From Candidatus Brocadiia bacterium (GTDB taxonomy: Bacteria > Planctomycetota > Brocadiia > CAIUPP01): 64,000 bases of DNA. Under the pieces are notes generated by a model. It had not been told where the DNA came from and searched no databases. It was given only the letters and a program-made list of their open reading frames with translations. The DNA lies in the NCBI GenBank assembly GCA_050015075.1, contig JBEKCB010000025.1:1-64000 (forward strand), read 5' to 3'. Numbering within the stretch: the stretch's first letter is position 1; each line of letters begins with the position of its first letter. A program made the position numbers and the translations under genes. Shown here piece after piece: positions 1 to 9,088 of this stretch.

Positions 1-94
1 AAGGCCCGGCCCTCCAGTACCTTGGTCAGTTTACCCACTGGCACGATACTGAATGTCGGGCCTTCTTTCTACTCGAAAAGTGCGAAACTATAGA

Positions 95-240
95 CTAGTG
101 CTTCCTTGCGGAAATAGACGTCCTATTTCCGCAAGGAAGCATGACCGCAATGAACCGCGTCGTTATACCGAGTTATGAGTTCCGTTGGGCCGTGTTTAGT
201 TGCGTAAATTGGTACGCCAATTTACGCAACTAAACACTAG
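95..240. mobile_element. 146-bp MITE-like element, copy 1
   Basis: CTAGTG...CACTAG ends; two long hairpins (GCTTCCTTGCGGAAATAG/CTATTTCCGCAAGGAAGC and GTTTAGTTGCGTAAATTGG/CCAATTTACGCAACTAAAC); near-identical copy at 54202-54347. Confidence 0.8.
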
Positions 241-294
241 GGCGATCCCCGCGTGCGCGATCGCCCGCTTCCCGCCGCACGTCCGGCGGGGTTC

Positions 295-795
295 TCAGGC
301 TATGAACTCAATGCCGCCGCTCTGCGCCGGCGCTGATTGCGCCGTCGCGTTCTGGTTGCCGGCGGCAAGGATTTGCTGAAGCCACGTCGTGGGATTGCTC
401 GCGGCCGTCACGGTGGCGCCCGTTGGCGCTGTGCTGCTGTTGACCGTCCCGCCGGCGCCCGCACCGTGATGAAGATGATATTGTCCTTGGGCCTTCTGAG
501 ACATCATCAGCTTGACGGCGGTCCCAAATTGGTTCAGCGTGAGCCCGTTGCCTGTGGTGTTCAACTGCTGATAGAGCTGGTCCGCGGCGGCCGTCGTCGA
601 GGACGAAGGCGCTGAATTCGAGTTCGCCCCCATGAACTGGTTATAGAAGTTCTCGAACTCGGTCTTGGAAATCGTGCCGCTGCCGTTCGTGTCCGCGGAT
701 TGGAACATCTGCTGTATCAGCATTTGCTGCATCGCTGCGAAGTTGGCTTGATACGTCCCCGAAGTCCCCTGCGTCGCCGATATGGCCTCTACCAC
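295..795 (-). CDS. EF-hand domain protein with Q/S/T/A-rich low-complexity regions
   Basis: ADTNGSGTISKTEF EF-hand loop; GGAGG RBS before GTG start. Confidence 0.75.
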   Translation of the reverse strand: MVEAISATQGTSGTYQANFAAMQQMLIQQMFQSADTNGSGTISKTEFENFYNQFMGANSNSAPSSSTTAAADQLYQQLNTTGNGLTLNQFGTAVKLMMSQKAQGQYHLHHGAGAGGTVNSSTAPTGATVTAASNPTTWLQQILAAGNQNATAQSAPAQSGGIEFIA

Positions 796-880
796 GGTCC
801 TCCCTCCCCAAATTGTGTTGCGCCAAAGTACAGCATGACCCCGCGACCCTCTCGCATTTCCGAGGGTGTGTCCACAGTTA

Positions 881-907
881 TTATCGGCATGAACTTCGGA
901 GCCTTTA
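881..907 (-). promoter_or_regulatory. sigma-28 (FliA-type) promoter of the EF-hand gene
   Basis: Minus strand reads TAAA-N15-GCCGATAA, an exact consensus match. Confidence 0.7.
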
Positions 908-969
908 CCCGCTTTTTCGAGGTTTTTCCGACAGGAGGAGCGGCGGGCGGGCGGCGGTCAAGACTGGCT

Positions 970-2310
970 TTAACTAGCGGCTGGAGGCGTACTTATGTCC
1001 GGCGCGGGACAGATTCTGAGCAGCACTTCTCGCGGCAGCGTCGCCGCCAGGACCAGCACCTCGCACACGAGCCGGCGCATCAGCATGCAGCGGCCGGCGT
1101 GCGGCTGGGCCACGGCGCCGCAGAACTCCAGGCTTTCGCTCCGGCACGCGCCACCGCAGACGTGCCGCGCCCAGCACAGGCTGCATTCCTTCCTCGAGCA
1201 GAACCGGTTATCGAGCCACTGCCCGCGCAGCACCTCGTCAATCACCACCTGCGGCCAGGCGATGCCGATGTGCGAGTTCTGCTGCTTGTGGCAAGCGTAG
1301 ATCAGCCCGGTCGGCCCGACGCTGTAATACCCGCGCCCCGCGCCGCATTCGCTCGGCCGGAACTCCTGCCACAGGATGCGCCGGAGCGTCTTCTCGAGGT
1401 ACTGCCAGCGCGGCGGGGCGCCCGACCGCGCGCGCGCGCCGAACCAGTTGCACGCGCTGCGGATTTCGGCGTCGAGCGTATGTCCGTATGCGGCGCCGGC
1501 GACTGGTTCGAGCGCGACGCCGGCGGCGAGTCCCTGATCGCACAGTTCGTTGAGCGCGCCGAGCCGCGCGAGGACGTCCGCCGGCATTCCACTCCAGGTC
1601 CCGCGCAGGACGATCCGTCCGGAGCATCCGGCGCGATGGAGCCGGCTCAGCCCGCGCCGCATCGCCGCGTAACTGCCAGTGCCGCGCGCCTCGTCGTGCA
1701 GTCTGGGCGTCCCGTCGCAACTGACGATGATCGAGAACCCATGCTTGGCCAGGAACCGCGCCACGATCGGCGTCACCAGCGTCGCGTTCGTGGTGACGTG
1801 GAACACGGCGCGGCGTTTATCCATCTCGGCGAGTCGCTGCGCCATTTCAGTAATCGTCGAGAGCATCCCGAAGTGCATCAGCGGCTCGCCGCCGAAAAAC
1901 CCGATCCGCAGGTCGCGGCCGTCGCCAGGGAACATTCTCAGCGCGGCGGAGGCGATGTCGCGGGTCATCACCGGCGGCTCGGCGTCATCCTTGGCAATCC
2001 AGCAGTATTTGCACCGCAGGTTGCACTGATCGGAGAGATGGAGCGTGAGCTGCCGGCAGGACACATCCGGGCTGAGATCGAACTTCGGCCGCCGCTTCGA
2101 GAACAGCAGCCCCGCAGCAAAGCCCTCTGGGACCGCACGCTGAAGGGCCAGCGCCTGGTGCTGCGCCTTCGAGATCTCGACCGCGACCAGCGTGTTCGCG
2201 TCGAACGCGATGACGCTGTCCTCGCCCACCGTGACGTAATGCACGTCCGGCGCGCAAAGCTCCGTCGCGCCGCGTGGCCGCACCTGCAGATTGAGAATGT
2301 GCGGCGTCAT
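970..2310 (-). CDS. Radical SAM/SPASM protein, ranthipeptide (SCIFF/CteB)-maturase-like
   Basis: CNLRCKYC, FFGGEPL, TTNATL and SPASM motifs CGAG...IYACH...CSLCWARHVCGGAC; short N-terminal RRE-like beta segment; ATGA overlap with the upstream gene places the start at 2310. Confidence 0.85.
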   Translation of the reverse strand: MTPHILNLQVRPRGATELCAPDVHYVTVGEDSVIAFDANTLVAVEISKAQHQALALQRAVPEGFAAGLLFSKRRPKFDLSPDVSCRQLTLHLSDQCNLRCKYCWIAKDDAEPPVMTRDIASAALRMFPGDGRDLRIGFFGGEPLMHFGMLSTITEMAQRLAEMDKRRAVFHVTTNATLVTPIVARFLAKHGFSIIVSCDGTPRLHDEARGTGSYAAMRRGLSRLHRAGCSGRIVLRGTWSGMPADVLARLGALNELCDQGLAAGVALEPVAGAAYGHTLDAEIRSACNWFGARARSGAPPRWQYLEKTLRRILWQEFRPSECGAGRGYYSVGPTGLIYACHKQQNSHIGIAWPQVVIDEVLRGQWLDNRFCSRKECSLCWARHVCGGACRSESLEFCGAVAQPHAGRCMLMRRLVCEVLVLAATLPREVLLRICPAPDISTPPAAS

Positions 2311-3095
2311 GCCGTCCTCATCCTTCCCATACACTCCCATTCCTCCCACGTCCGTTTCGGATCGTACTCGACCACGTTCCACGGCTGGACCATCCACGGC
2401 TGCGGCTTGAAAGTGTAGCGCGCGCGCCAGGCGGCCGGCGTGGCGACGTACAGATGCCGCTTCGGCCAGGGCGAGACGATGCCGCGCCCGACGTAGTCCT
2501 CGCCGGGATAGTTGAACCCGCGCTTCGCGTCGAACTTCATTCCCGGCCGCCAGACCGCGAGCGTGACCTGCGGCCTGTGATACTTCGCATGGATCGAGGC
2601 GTCGCGGATGACGTGATCGCCGTCGCCGACGCAGACGAGCACCGGGAACTCCACACAGAGCGCGGGCTTTTTCACCGCAGAGGCGCGGAGGTCGCTGAGA
2701 ACGGCGGCTTTTGCATTATCAGGAACGCCGTCCTCTGCGTTCTCCGCGCCTCCGCGGTCCATCAAAGCAATGATCTCCTCGATGTTCGGCGGCAGCAGCT
2801 CGTCGGCGTCGGGAAAGAGCACCATCTCCGGCCGCGCCTTGTCCATCAGCGCGAACAGCCGCGCGTGCAGCTCGTGCCCGACCGCGATCGCGTTGGCGGC
2901 GTTGTAGGGAATATCCACGCGGGCGACCTCTGCGAGTTTCGGACAGAGCTGGACGTTGCACATCACTTCCCGCGGCGGTTCGCCGTTGACGAGAATGAAC
3001 AGCGCATCCACGTGCCGCGCCAGGTCGGAGATGATCTGCTCCGCAAACTGCGCCTGCACGCCCTGGTGAATCGTCATCGCGCCGGCGAGTCTCAT
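2307..3095 (-). CDS. Putative GT-A fold glycosyltransferase
   Basis: VLFPDADE DxD motif; operon context; contains an in-frame palindromic insert at about 2673-2758. Confidence 0.55.
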   Translation of the reverse strand: MRLAGAMTIHQGVQAQFAEQIISDLARHVDALFILVNGEPPREVMCNVQLCPKLAEVARVDIPYNAANAIAVGHELHARLFALMDKARPEMVLFPDADELLPPNIEEIIALMDRGGAENAEDGVPDNAKAAVLSDLRASAVKKPALCVEFPVLVCVGDGDHVIRDASIHAKYHRPQVTLAVWRPGMKFDAKRGFNYPGEDYVGRGIVSPWPKRHLYVATPAAWRARYTFKPQPWMVQPWNVVEYDPKRTWEEWECMGRMRTA

Positions 3096-3118
3096 CGCTT
3101 CTCCCTCAATCCAGGCTT

Positions 3119-3197
3119 AACCACGGAATACACGGAACACACGGAAGCTGTTTTTCTCCGTCCCTTCATTTCCGTGTTTTCCGTGTATTCCGTGGTT
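3119..3197. repeat. Intergenic palindromic element (AACCACGGAATACACGGAA...TTCCGTGTATTCCGTGGTT)
   Basis: 19-bp perfect inverted arms built from ~9-bp subrepeats. Confidence 0.75.
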
Positions 3198-3201
3198 GAC
3201 A

Positions 3202-4089
3202 TCAGTCGTTTCCGTCACAGTAGCGCGCGAGCAGTTGATGCAGTTCCAGCGCCTCGTACTCGCTTAATCCGGACCGGCAGTGCGCGAGCAGATCACGGTA
3301 GCGCGGGCGGATGTCGGCCGGCGTCAGCGGCGTCTTGCCGTCGCCCGGATCGGTCTGTAGCTTTCGCCACGCCGCGTCGCGCTGCGCCAGCGTCGCATCC
3401 CAGGTCTCGCGCGGCGAGGAGCCCAGCGGCGCGCTCGCATGCGTGAAGTCGCCGCGCCAGCTATAAATGTAACTCGCGCGCGCACCGACCTCCGTCGTCG
3501 CCAGCCCGAACTCACCGAGCGCGTCGAGCAGCTTCCGGTGTTCGTTGCCGCTGGCAGTTCCATAACCATGGTGCTTCACGAAGCCGCGCGCGAGAATCAT
3601 TGAGGCTTCGTAATTGTTCACGTTCAGTTTGTACTCGCCGGTTGCCGTGAAGTGAATCCACGATCGCGCCGGCTTCCAGCCGAAAGGAATGGTGGAATGC
3701 ACGTCAATCCGATCGTAGCCCTTAGCGAGATCCTCGCCCCTCCTTGCTGCGGCTAACTGCTGCACTGCCTGCGAAAGATGCCACGGCAACCAGGCGTCGT
3801 CATCATCCCACGTGTGCACGAACTCGAACTCGTCGCCGACCTTCCCGAGAAGCCGGTTTCGCGGGATGCCCGGCTCGTCGCTCGGCTCGTTGAAGACCGT
3901 CACATCAGGCAGCTCGCAGCGAAGCGGCACGGGATGATTGTTGAGGATGAACAGCCGCTTCGCCGGATAATCCTGCGCCAGGAAAAACGCCAGGCATTCC
4001 CGCATCCGCTGGAAGCGGCCGTACGTGCAGGTCAGGCACGCGACCAGAGGAAGTGCAGACTGCGGACTGCGGACTGCGGGATCGGTCAT
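3202..4089 (-). CDS. Glycosyltransferase family 2
   Basis: VACLTCTYGR...FLAQDYP...RN...TWDDDDAWLPWHL; ATGA overlap places the start at 4089. Confidence 0.85.
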   Translation of the reverse strand: MTDPAVRSPQSALPLVACLTCTYGRFQRMRECLAFFLAQDYPAKRLFILNNHPVPLRCELPDVTVFNEPSDEPGIPRNRLLGKVGDEFEFVHTWDDDDAWLPWHLSQAVQQLAAARRGEDLAKGYDRIDVHSTIPFGWKPARSWIHFTATGEYKLNVNNYEASMILARGFVKHHGYGTASGNEHRKLLDALGEFGLATTEVGARASYIYSWRGDFTHASAPLGSSPRETWDATLAQRDAAWRKLQTDPGDGKTPLTPADIRPRYRDLLAHCRSGLSEYEALELHQLLARYCDGND

Positions 4090-6101
4090 GGCTTCTCCAT
4101 CCTCCATTTCGCCGCGACGGCGGGATCGTGCGTGTGCTCGTAGGTCAGCGCCGGATCGGTCGGCGTCCACCAATTGGCTTTGCCCTCGAAGCTCTGTCGG
4201 CACGGCAGCGGCAGCCAGAGCTTCGTGAGGCCGAGGCGCTCGATCTTCGCCGTCCAGATGCGCTCGAGGACCGCGCCGGCGCCGAGCGGCGCGACCTCGG
4301 AATCCTCCGGCCAGGTGCGCGCGAGGAAATCCGTCCGCGCGGCGAAGACCTTCGTGACCGTGCATTTGTTGTCGCAGATTCCCGTGACCAGCGCCGCTCC
4401 TTGAGCGGAGGACATCGCGCGCCGCACCATCTCCTGCGCCCAACCCGGACGCGGATGGAACACGTCCGCGCCGATCTTCACGACCCATTCAAATCCACCG
4501 CCGCGGGCCTGCGCAGTGGCGGCGCGGACGGCGCGCCTCTCGCCGACCGGCAGTCCGGGATTGGCGCCGGTTTCGATGACGTTGATGCCGGAGACTTCAG
4601 GCCAGCCGCGAATCGGGCTCGCATCGCCGACGACGCAGAGCGCGATCTCGTCCGCTCCGGAGGCGCGCGCCGATTCCAGGCAGCGGTCGAGAATCTGCCG
4701 CTTCTCCTCCAGCGTCGCCGCGTTGGAGCTCGTGCCGTCATCGGCCGAAATCGTAATCGCCAGAAGAATCTTCTTTCCCTGGTTCAGCGTCTTGTCCTCC
4801 GCGCCCTGGACGCGCGTCTCGCGGTCGGCAGCGATCCGGCGATCCAGCTCGGCGAGCAGTTCGTCGGAGTTCAGCTTGAACCGGCTTTGAGCGTCGGCGC
4901 GGTAGCGGTTAAATTCGTCGGTCTCAACCTGCGCGAGGACGTGCTCGGGGATCGCGCCGTGCGGCCCCTGTCCTGCCGCCAGCCGCGCGCGGTAATCCTC
5001 CCAGTGCGCGTCGTCCAGCACCAGCCGCCACGCGGCCGCGTAGCCGAGCCACGTCCCGTTCTCCATCGTCGTGCCGAACGGCACGCTCACGCCGGTCTTC
5101 GAACCGCGGAAGAGATGCCAGAGCGCGACGCCGTCATGGAACAGGATCGGCACCTGGTGCGCCGCGGCCAGGAGCGCGACGGCGAGTTCCTGCGCGCCGT
5201 GGAAATTCGGCAGCGCCGGCCAGCCGCCGAACCGGTCGAGGACCGTCCTCGGGATCGCGTAGAACGCGCCCATCATCAGCGAGGTCGGCCAGAGCTCGAG
5301 CTTCGGCAGGTCCGGCCGCCGCTTCATCCAGCGTCCGCCGAGCATTCCCTTCTCCGGCACCAGGCACGCGCCGGCGCGCCCGCACGTGAACATGCAGCCG
5401 CCGTACACAATCGCCTGGCGCTCCAGCGCCGCCGCGGCCAGCGTGCGCAGCTTGTGCGGCCGGTCCAGCATCTCCTTGAACTCCGGCCTGACCGGCCCGA
5501 TTTCGGGATACCGCGTCGCGAACCAGCACGCCGTCTCCCAGTCGAGCGCGTTGTGCGCGTCGAGGAAGATCACCACGTCGCCGCTCGCGCGCAGCGCGCC
5601 GAGCCGCCGCGATCGCGGACCGCCGATCCGCGTCGGATTGCGGATGGCCGAGACCGGCTCCGGGACGGTCGAGCCGTCGTCCACCACAATGATCTCGGCG
5701 TCCGGACAATCGTGCTTGACGCTGGCGACGGTCGCGACGAGGTTCTCGCGCTCGTTGAGGCTGGAGATCACAACGGAAATAGACGATGGACGAGAGACGA
5801 TGGACGATTGCACGGCAGCCGATGGCATCTGCGCCGCCTTCATCTCGACCAGCATCTTCTCCTTGCACGGCGCGCAGTTCGTCAGATCCTTCCGGCCTTC
5901 GAAAATGTCCGCGCCGGCCCATTTCTTTTTCGGGCAGTTCGAGTCCGGGCCGCCCATGAACGCGTGGTCCATCACCAGCCACTTCGCGGAGTCCGTCCCC
6001 GGCGCGGCGCAGAGCTTGCGGTGGATTCCCGTCGCCGGGTTCATGCTCTGCTGGTGCTCGAACTCGCATCGGACGCAGATTTGTGCTCGGCTTGGGTTCA
6101 T
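4086..6101 (-). CDS. Multidomain glycosyltransferase: Cys-rich N-terminus, GT2/GT27 (ppGalNAc-T)-like domain, second GT-like domain
   Basis: ISVVISSLNE, IIVVDDGS, RRLGALRASGDVVIFLDAH (DxH), MGAFYAIPR..LDRFGGW, WHLFR; start at 6101 just after the tail-tip gene stop. Confidence 0.8.
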   Translation of the reverse strand: MNPSRAQICVRCEFEHQQSMNPATGIHRKLCAAPGTDSAKWLVMDHAFMGGPDSNCPKKKWAGADIFEGRKDLTNCAPCKEKMLVEMKAAQMPSAAVQSSIVSRPSSISVVISSLNERENLVATVASVKHDCPDAEIIVVDDGSTVPEPVSAIRNPTRIGGPRSRRLGALRASGDVVIFLDAHNALDWETACWFATRYPEIGPVRPEFKEMLDRPHKLRTLAAAALERQAIVYGGCMFTCGRAGACLVPEKGMLGGRWMKRRPDLPKLELWPTSLMMGAFYAIPRTVLDRFGGWPALPNFHGAQELAVALLAAAHQVPILFHDGVALWHLFRGSKTGVSVPFGTTMENGTWLGYAAAWRLVLDDAHWEDYRARLAAGQGPHGAIPEHVLAQVETDEFNRYRADAQSRFKLNSDELLAELDRRIAADRETRVQGAEDKTLNQGKKILLAITISADDGTSSNAATLEEKRQILDRCLESARASGADEIALCVVGDASPIRGWPEVSGINVIETGANPGLPVGERRAVRAATAQARGGGFEWVVKIGADVFHPRPGWAQEMVRRAMSSAQGAALVTGICDNKCTVTKVFAARTDFLARTWPEDSEVAPLGAGAVLERIWTAKIERLGLTKLWLPLPCRQSFEGKANWWTPTDPALTYEHTHDPAVAAKWRMEKP

Positions 6102-6103
6102 GT

Positions 6104-9082
6104 TCAACTCGGGGTTAGCGTGTAGGTGATTCCGTGGACTTCGATCACGAACGTTGACATGCAATCGTACTTGCCGTCGGTGGTTGCCGGAGCGTAGTTG
6201 CCTTCCCAGCCGGCGCCGCCAATCGGAGTTATGCCGAGCCGGACTTCCCAAAGATCGAAGATGACACCTGCGGTGAGGCCATTGCTGAGTTGCGCGGCAA
6301 AGGTGCAGTGGCCTTCGGTCAAAATCAGTGTTCCGCTCGATCCATCCGATCCCGTCAGACGAATACTTGCCGGAGTCGCGCCCGAGCAGGCGTCACAGCC
6401 GACCGGCGAGGTCGGCGGCGAGGTCGGAGCCGACGTGTGCGCCGCGGTATGAGCTGCCGTAGGCGCGGACGTGTGCCCGGCGGTCGGCTCGGAGGTCGCC
6501 CCCGACGTGTGCGCTTCGGTCGGCTCGGACGTGTGCGCTTCGGTCGGCCCCGACGTGTGTTCTTCGGTCGGCGCGCTCGTCGGCGGCGAAGTCGGCGCGC
6601 CGGTGTAGGGCGATGTCGGCGCTGGAGTGCCCGATGGAGTCGTCGCCGGCGGCGTACCCTCCGCCGTCGTCTCCAGAGGCGTCGTGTCGTTCGGTGTCGT
6701 CTCGCCCGGCGTCGTCCCCGGCTCGCTGCCCGGCTCCGTCGAGCCGCGAAGCACGATCCCGTTCAGCTCGAATTGCGTCGTGCAGAAAAGCTCGCAGCCG
6801 ATCTGGCAGCTTGTCTCGCAGGCCCAGCAGCCGCCCGGCGGCATCGCCTCGGCGAGCGTGTCGCAGACGCCGGACGGGAAATACGGGATCTCGGCGCTGA
6901 GCTTGATTCCCGGCACCGCGCGGTTCGATCCGCCGCCGAGCGTGTGCTCGATGCCCACCACGCGCGCGACCTGGCCCGCTCCGAACCAGCCGGCCAGGTC
7001 GAGGTCGAACAGGTCGTACGGTTCCGCGTCGAGCCGCCGCAGCGAGTCCACCAGCGCGATCTGCTGCCAGATGTACTGCCAGCGGTTCAGCCAGAAGTTC
7101 GCCACGCCCTGCACCGGCGCCAGGCTCGCGTACGCCCAGAAGTCAATCGTCTTGGCGATGCGGCCGCCGACGAACTCCTCCGCCGCCGGCGACCGAAGAA
7201 TTATCGTCCGCCGCACCGCGTTGTCAATGTACGAGCCGGTGATCTCCGTGACGATCTGGTTCCATTCCCGGCGCGCGATGTCCAGCGAGCCGAGATAACG
7301 ATCGGCTCCGGACGTCGGCGGCGTGCCGGTTGGGACCATGACGTTGGTCAGGTAGATCAACTGCGCCTGGCCGGCGAAGAAGACCTCGGCGCAACGCGCC
7401 TGGAACGCGAGATCGGCGCAGAGTTCGAGTCCCTTCTTCTGCTCGGTCAGCGCGAAGCCCATCAGCAGCGCCGCCGTCGCCGTCTTCGCCGCGGCGAAAG
7501 AATCGGCGTCAATGTTGTCGCTCGTCATGCCCATCCAGCGCGTGTGGATCGCCTGGATGATGTCGGAGGGATTCTGCAAGAGCGTCCCGGTCCCGTCGCC
7601 GACGCTCTCCACGCCGTCGAGCGTGATCCACAGGTCGTCGTTCTTCATCCGGATATCGAGCTGCGACGGCGGCAGGCTGAACGTGATGCTCGTCACCGCG
7701 CGGCCCGGGCACGTGGCCGTGTCGTTGTAGTTGATCGTGTAGAGCGAAGGATCGAGCGCGAAGTACCATTCCGTCGGCGTCGTCCAGATCTGTCCGTTGA
7801 TCCACAGGCTCAGCGGATGGCCATAGCCCTCGACGCTGTAAACCTTCTTTGAAGGCGCGTCATTGACCACGTAAGTGTAGTTCGAACGCGCGACGTAGAC
7901 CTTCGATCCGCACGGATGTCCGGCCACGTTGCTGCCGATCTGGTACGTCGCGCCGATCGGCAGCGTGTACGTATGGCCGGCGTTCGTGAACGCGTCGCCG
8001 ATCCACGTCGTCTGCGTCGGATCGAGCGGGTTGACGTAGGCGAATCCGCTCAGCATGCCGAAGACGATGGTGTGCGTGGCCGAGTCGTAGCTCTGGATGA
8101 TCTTCCGCTGCACCGTGCCGTCCGGCGACGTGAAGAGAATGTAGTAGCCGACGTAGGTGCCGTCCGGACCGGTGAGCGCGCTGTCCACCAGGTGCTGGCA
8201 ATCCACGCCGAGCGCGGTGACCGTGCCGGTGTAGAGCGGCGCGCCGCGCTCGGTGATGCTGAAGAAGTTGCCGTTGAACTGCCCGTTGATCCGCTCGCCG
8301 CCGATCCAGATCTCCATCGGCGTGAGCTGCGGGAAATACTCCGCGTCGTTCACGTACAGGCCCATGTCGAAGTAGTTGCAGACCCGCGCCAGCTCGGTCA
8401 CCGGCCCGAAATCCACCGCCACCGCGCGCGCACGCATGACGTGGCCGAAGACCAGCGGGATCAGCTTGTTCTCGTCAGTCTGGACCACGTTCGGGCAGTC
8501 CAGCCGGTCGGCGAAATTTCCGACCGTGCGGTTGAAATAGGTCGAGATGTCCGTGATGTCCAGCAGCACCGCGTGGTCCCGCTCGCTCCACGTGCACGGC
8601 GCGTTGATGATGCCGACGTGGAGCTTGACCAGGTCGCTCTCGGCGTTGCCCCGGAACTGCTGATAGATTGCCACCCACGCGCGCTGCGGCTCGATGCTCT
8701 GGAAATAATTGAAGAGGACCTTGTCCTCGTCGCGCAGCTTCACCGTGCAGTCGCCGACGACGTTGACCGCCTTGTCCGCCTTGATCCCGAGCCGCACGAC
8801 GCCCCACTCGAGCACGCGCCCCTGAGCGTTGTCCCAGGACGCCCCATCGCCGGAGCCGAAATCCTCTTGCGCGTACCACTTCACCCCGACCGGCGCGGCC
8901 GGAGGCAGCGTCGGTCCGCCGCTCGTCGTCGCTCCGGTCTCGGAGACCGTCGGCTCGCCCGGCGCAATGAGAATCGGCGCCGTGCTGCCGCCGGCCGCAG
9001 GCCAGGAAATCTGCAGCAGGCAATACGGCTTGCTGCTCTCGGAGTCCGCCGCGGCGATTGTCGAAGATGTTAGTGTGCGCAT
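6104..9082 (-). CDS. Phage tail-tip/baseplate hub-like protein with a C-terminal six-Cys motif and mucin-like stalk
   Basis: Follows the Dit-like gene; IPLVFG and NPSDII motifs typical of tail-tip proteins; TSxPT repeats. Confidence 0.7.
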   Translation of the reverse strand: MRTLTSSTIAAADSESSKPYCLLQISWPAAGGSTAPILIAPGEPTVSETGATTSGGPTLPPAAPVGVKWYAQEDFGSGDGASWDNAQGRVLEWGVVRLGIKADKAVNVVGDCTVKLRDEDKVLFNYFQSIEPQRAWVAIYQQFRGNAESDLVKLHVGIINAPCTWSERDHAVLLDITDISTYFNRTVGNFADRLDCPNVVQTDENKLIPLVFGHVMRARAVAVDFGPVTELARVCNYFDMGLYVNDAEYFPQLTPMEIWIGGERINGQFNGNFFSITERGAPLYTGTVTALGVDCQHLVDSALTGPDGTYVGYYILFTSPDGTVQRKIIQSYDSATHTIVFGMLSGFAYVNPLDPTQTTWIGDAFTNAGHTYTLPIGATYQIGSNVAGHPCGSKVYVARSNYTYVVNDAPSKKVYSVEGYGHPLSLWINGQIWTTPTEWYFALDPSLYTINYNDTATCPGRAVTSITFSLPPSQLDIRMKNDDLWITLDGVESVGDGTGTLLQNPSDIIQAIHTRWMGMTSDNIDADSFAAAKTATAALLMGFALTEQKKGLELCADLAFQARCAEVFFAGQAQLIYLTNVMVPTGTPPTSGADRYLGSLDIARREWNQIVTEITGSYIDNAVRRTIILRSPAAEEFVGGRIAKTIDFWAYASLAPVQGVANFWLNRWQYIWQQIALVDSLRRLDAEPYDLFDLDLAGWFGAGQVARVVGIEHTLGGGSNRAVPGIKLSAEIPYFPSGVCDTLAEAMPPGGCWACETSCQIGCELFCTTQFELNGIVLRGSTEPGSEPGTTPGETTPNDTTPLETTAEGTPPATTPSGTPAPTSPYTGAPTSPPTSAPTEEHTSGPTEAHTSEPTEAHTSGATSEPTAGHTSAPTAAHTAAHTSAPTSPPTSPVGCDACSGATPASIRLTGSDGSSGTLILTEGHCTFAAQLSNGLTAGVIFDLWEVRLGITPIGGAGWEGNYAPATTDGKYDCMSTFVIEVHGITYTLTPS

Positions 9083-9088
9083 TTATCC

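Noticed and set aside
900-970. Prophage att site or Mu end at the left boundary
   Set aside because: No direct repeat or inverted end matching the 22240 boundary could be found, and there is no tRNA.
700-9073. Long plus-strand ORFs (572, 690, 520 and 385 aa)
   Set aside because: They are antisense shadows of real minus-strand genes in high-GC DNA, Arg-rich and without motifs.
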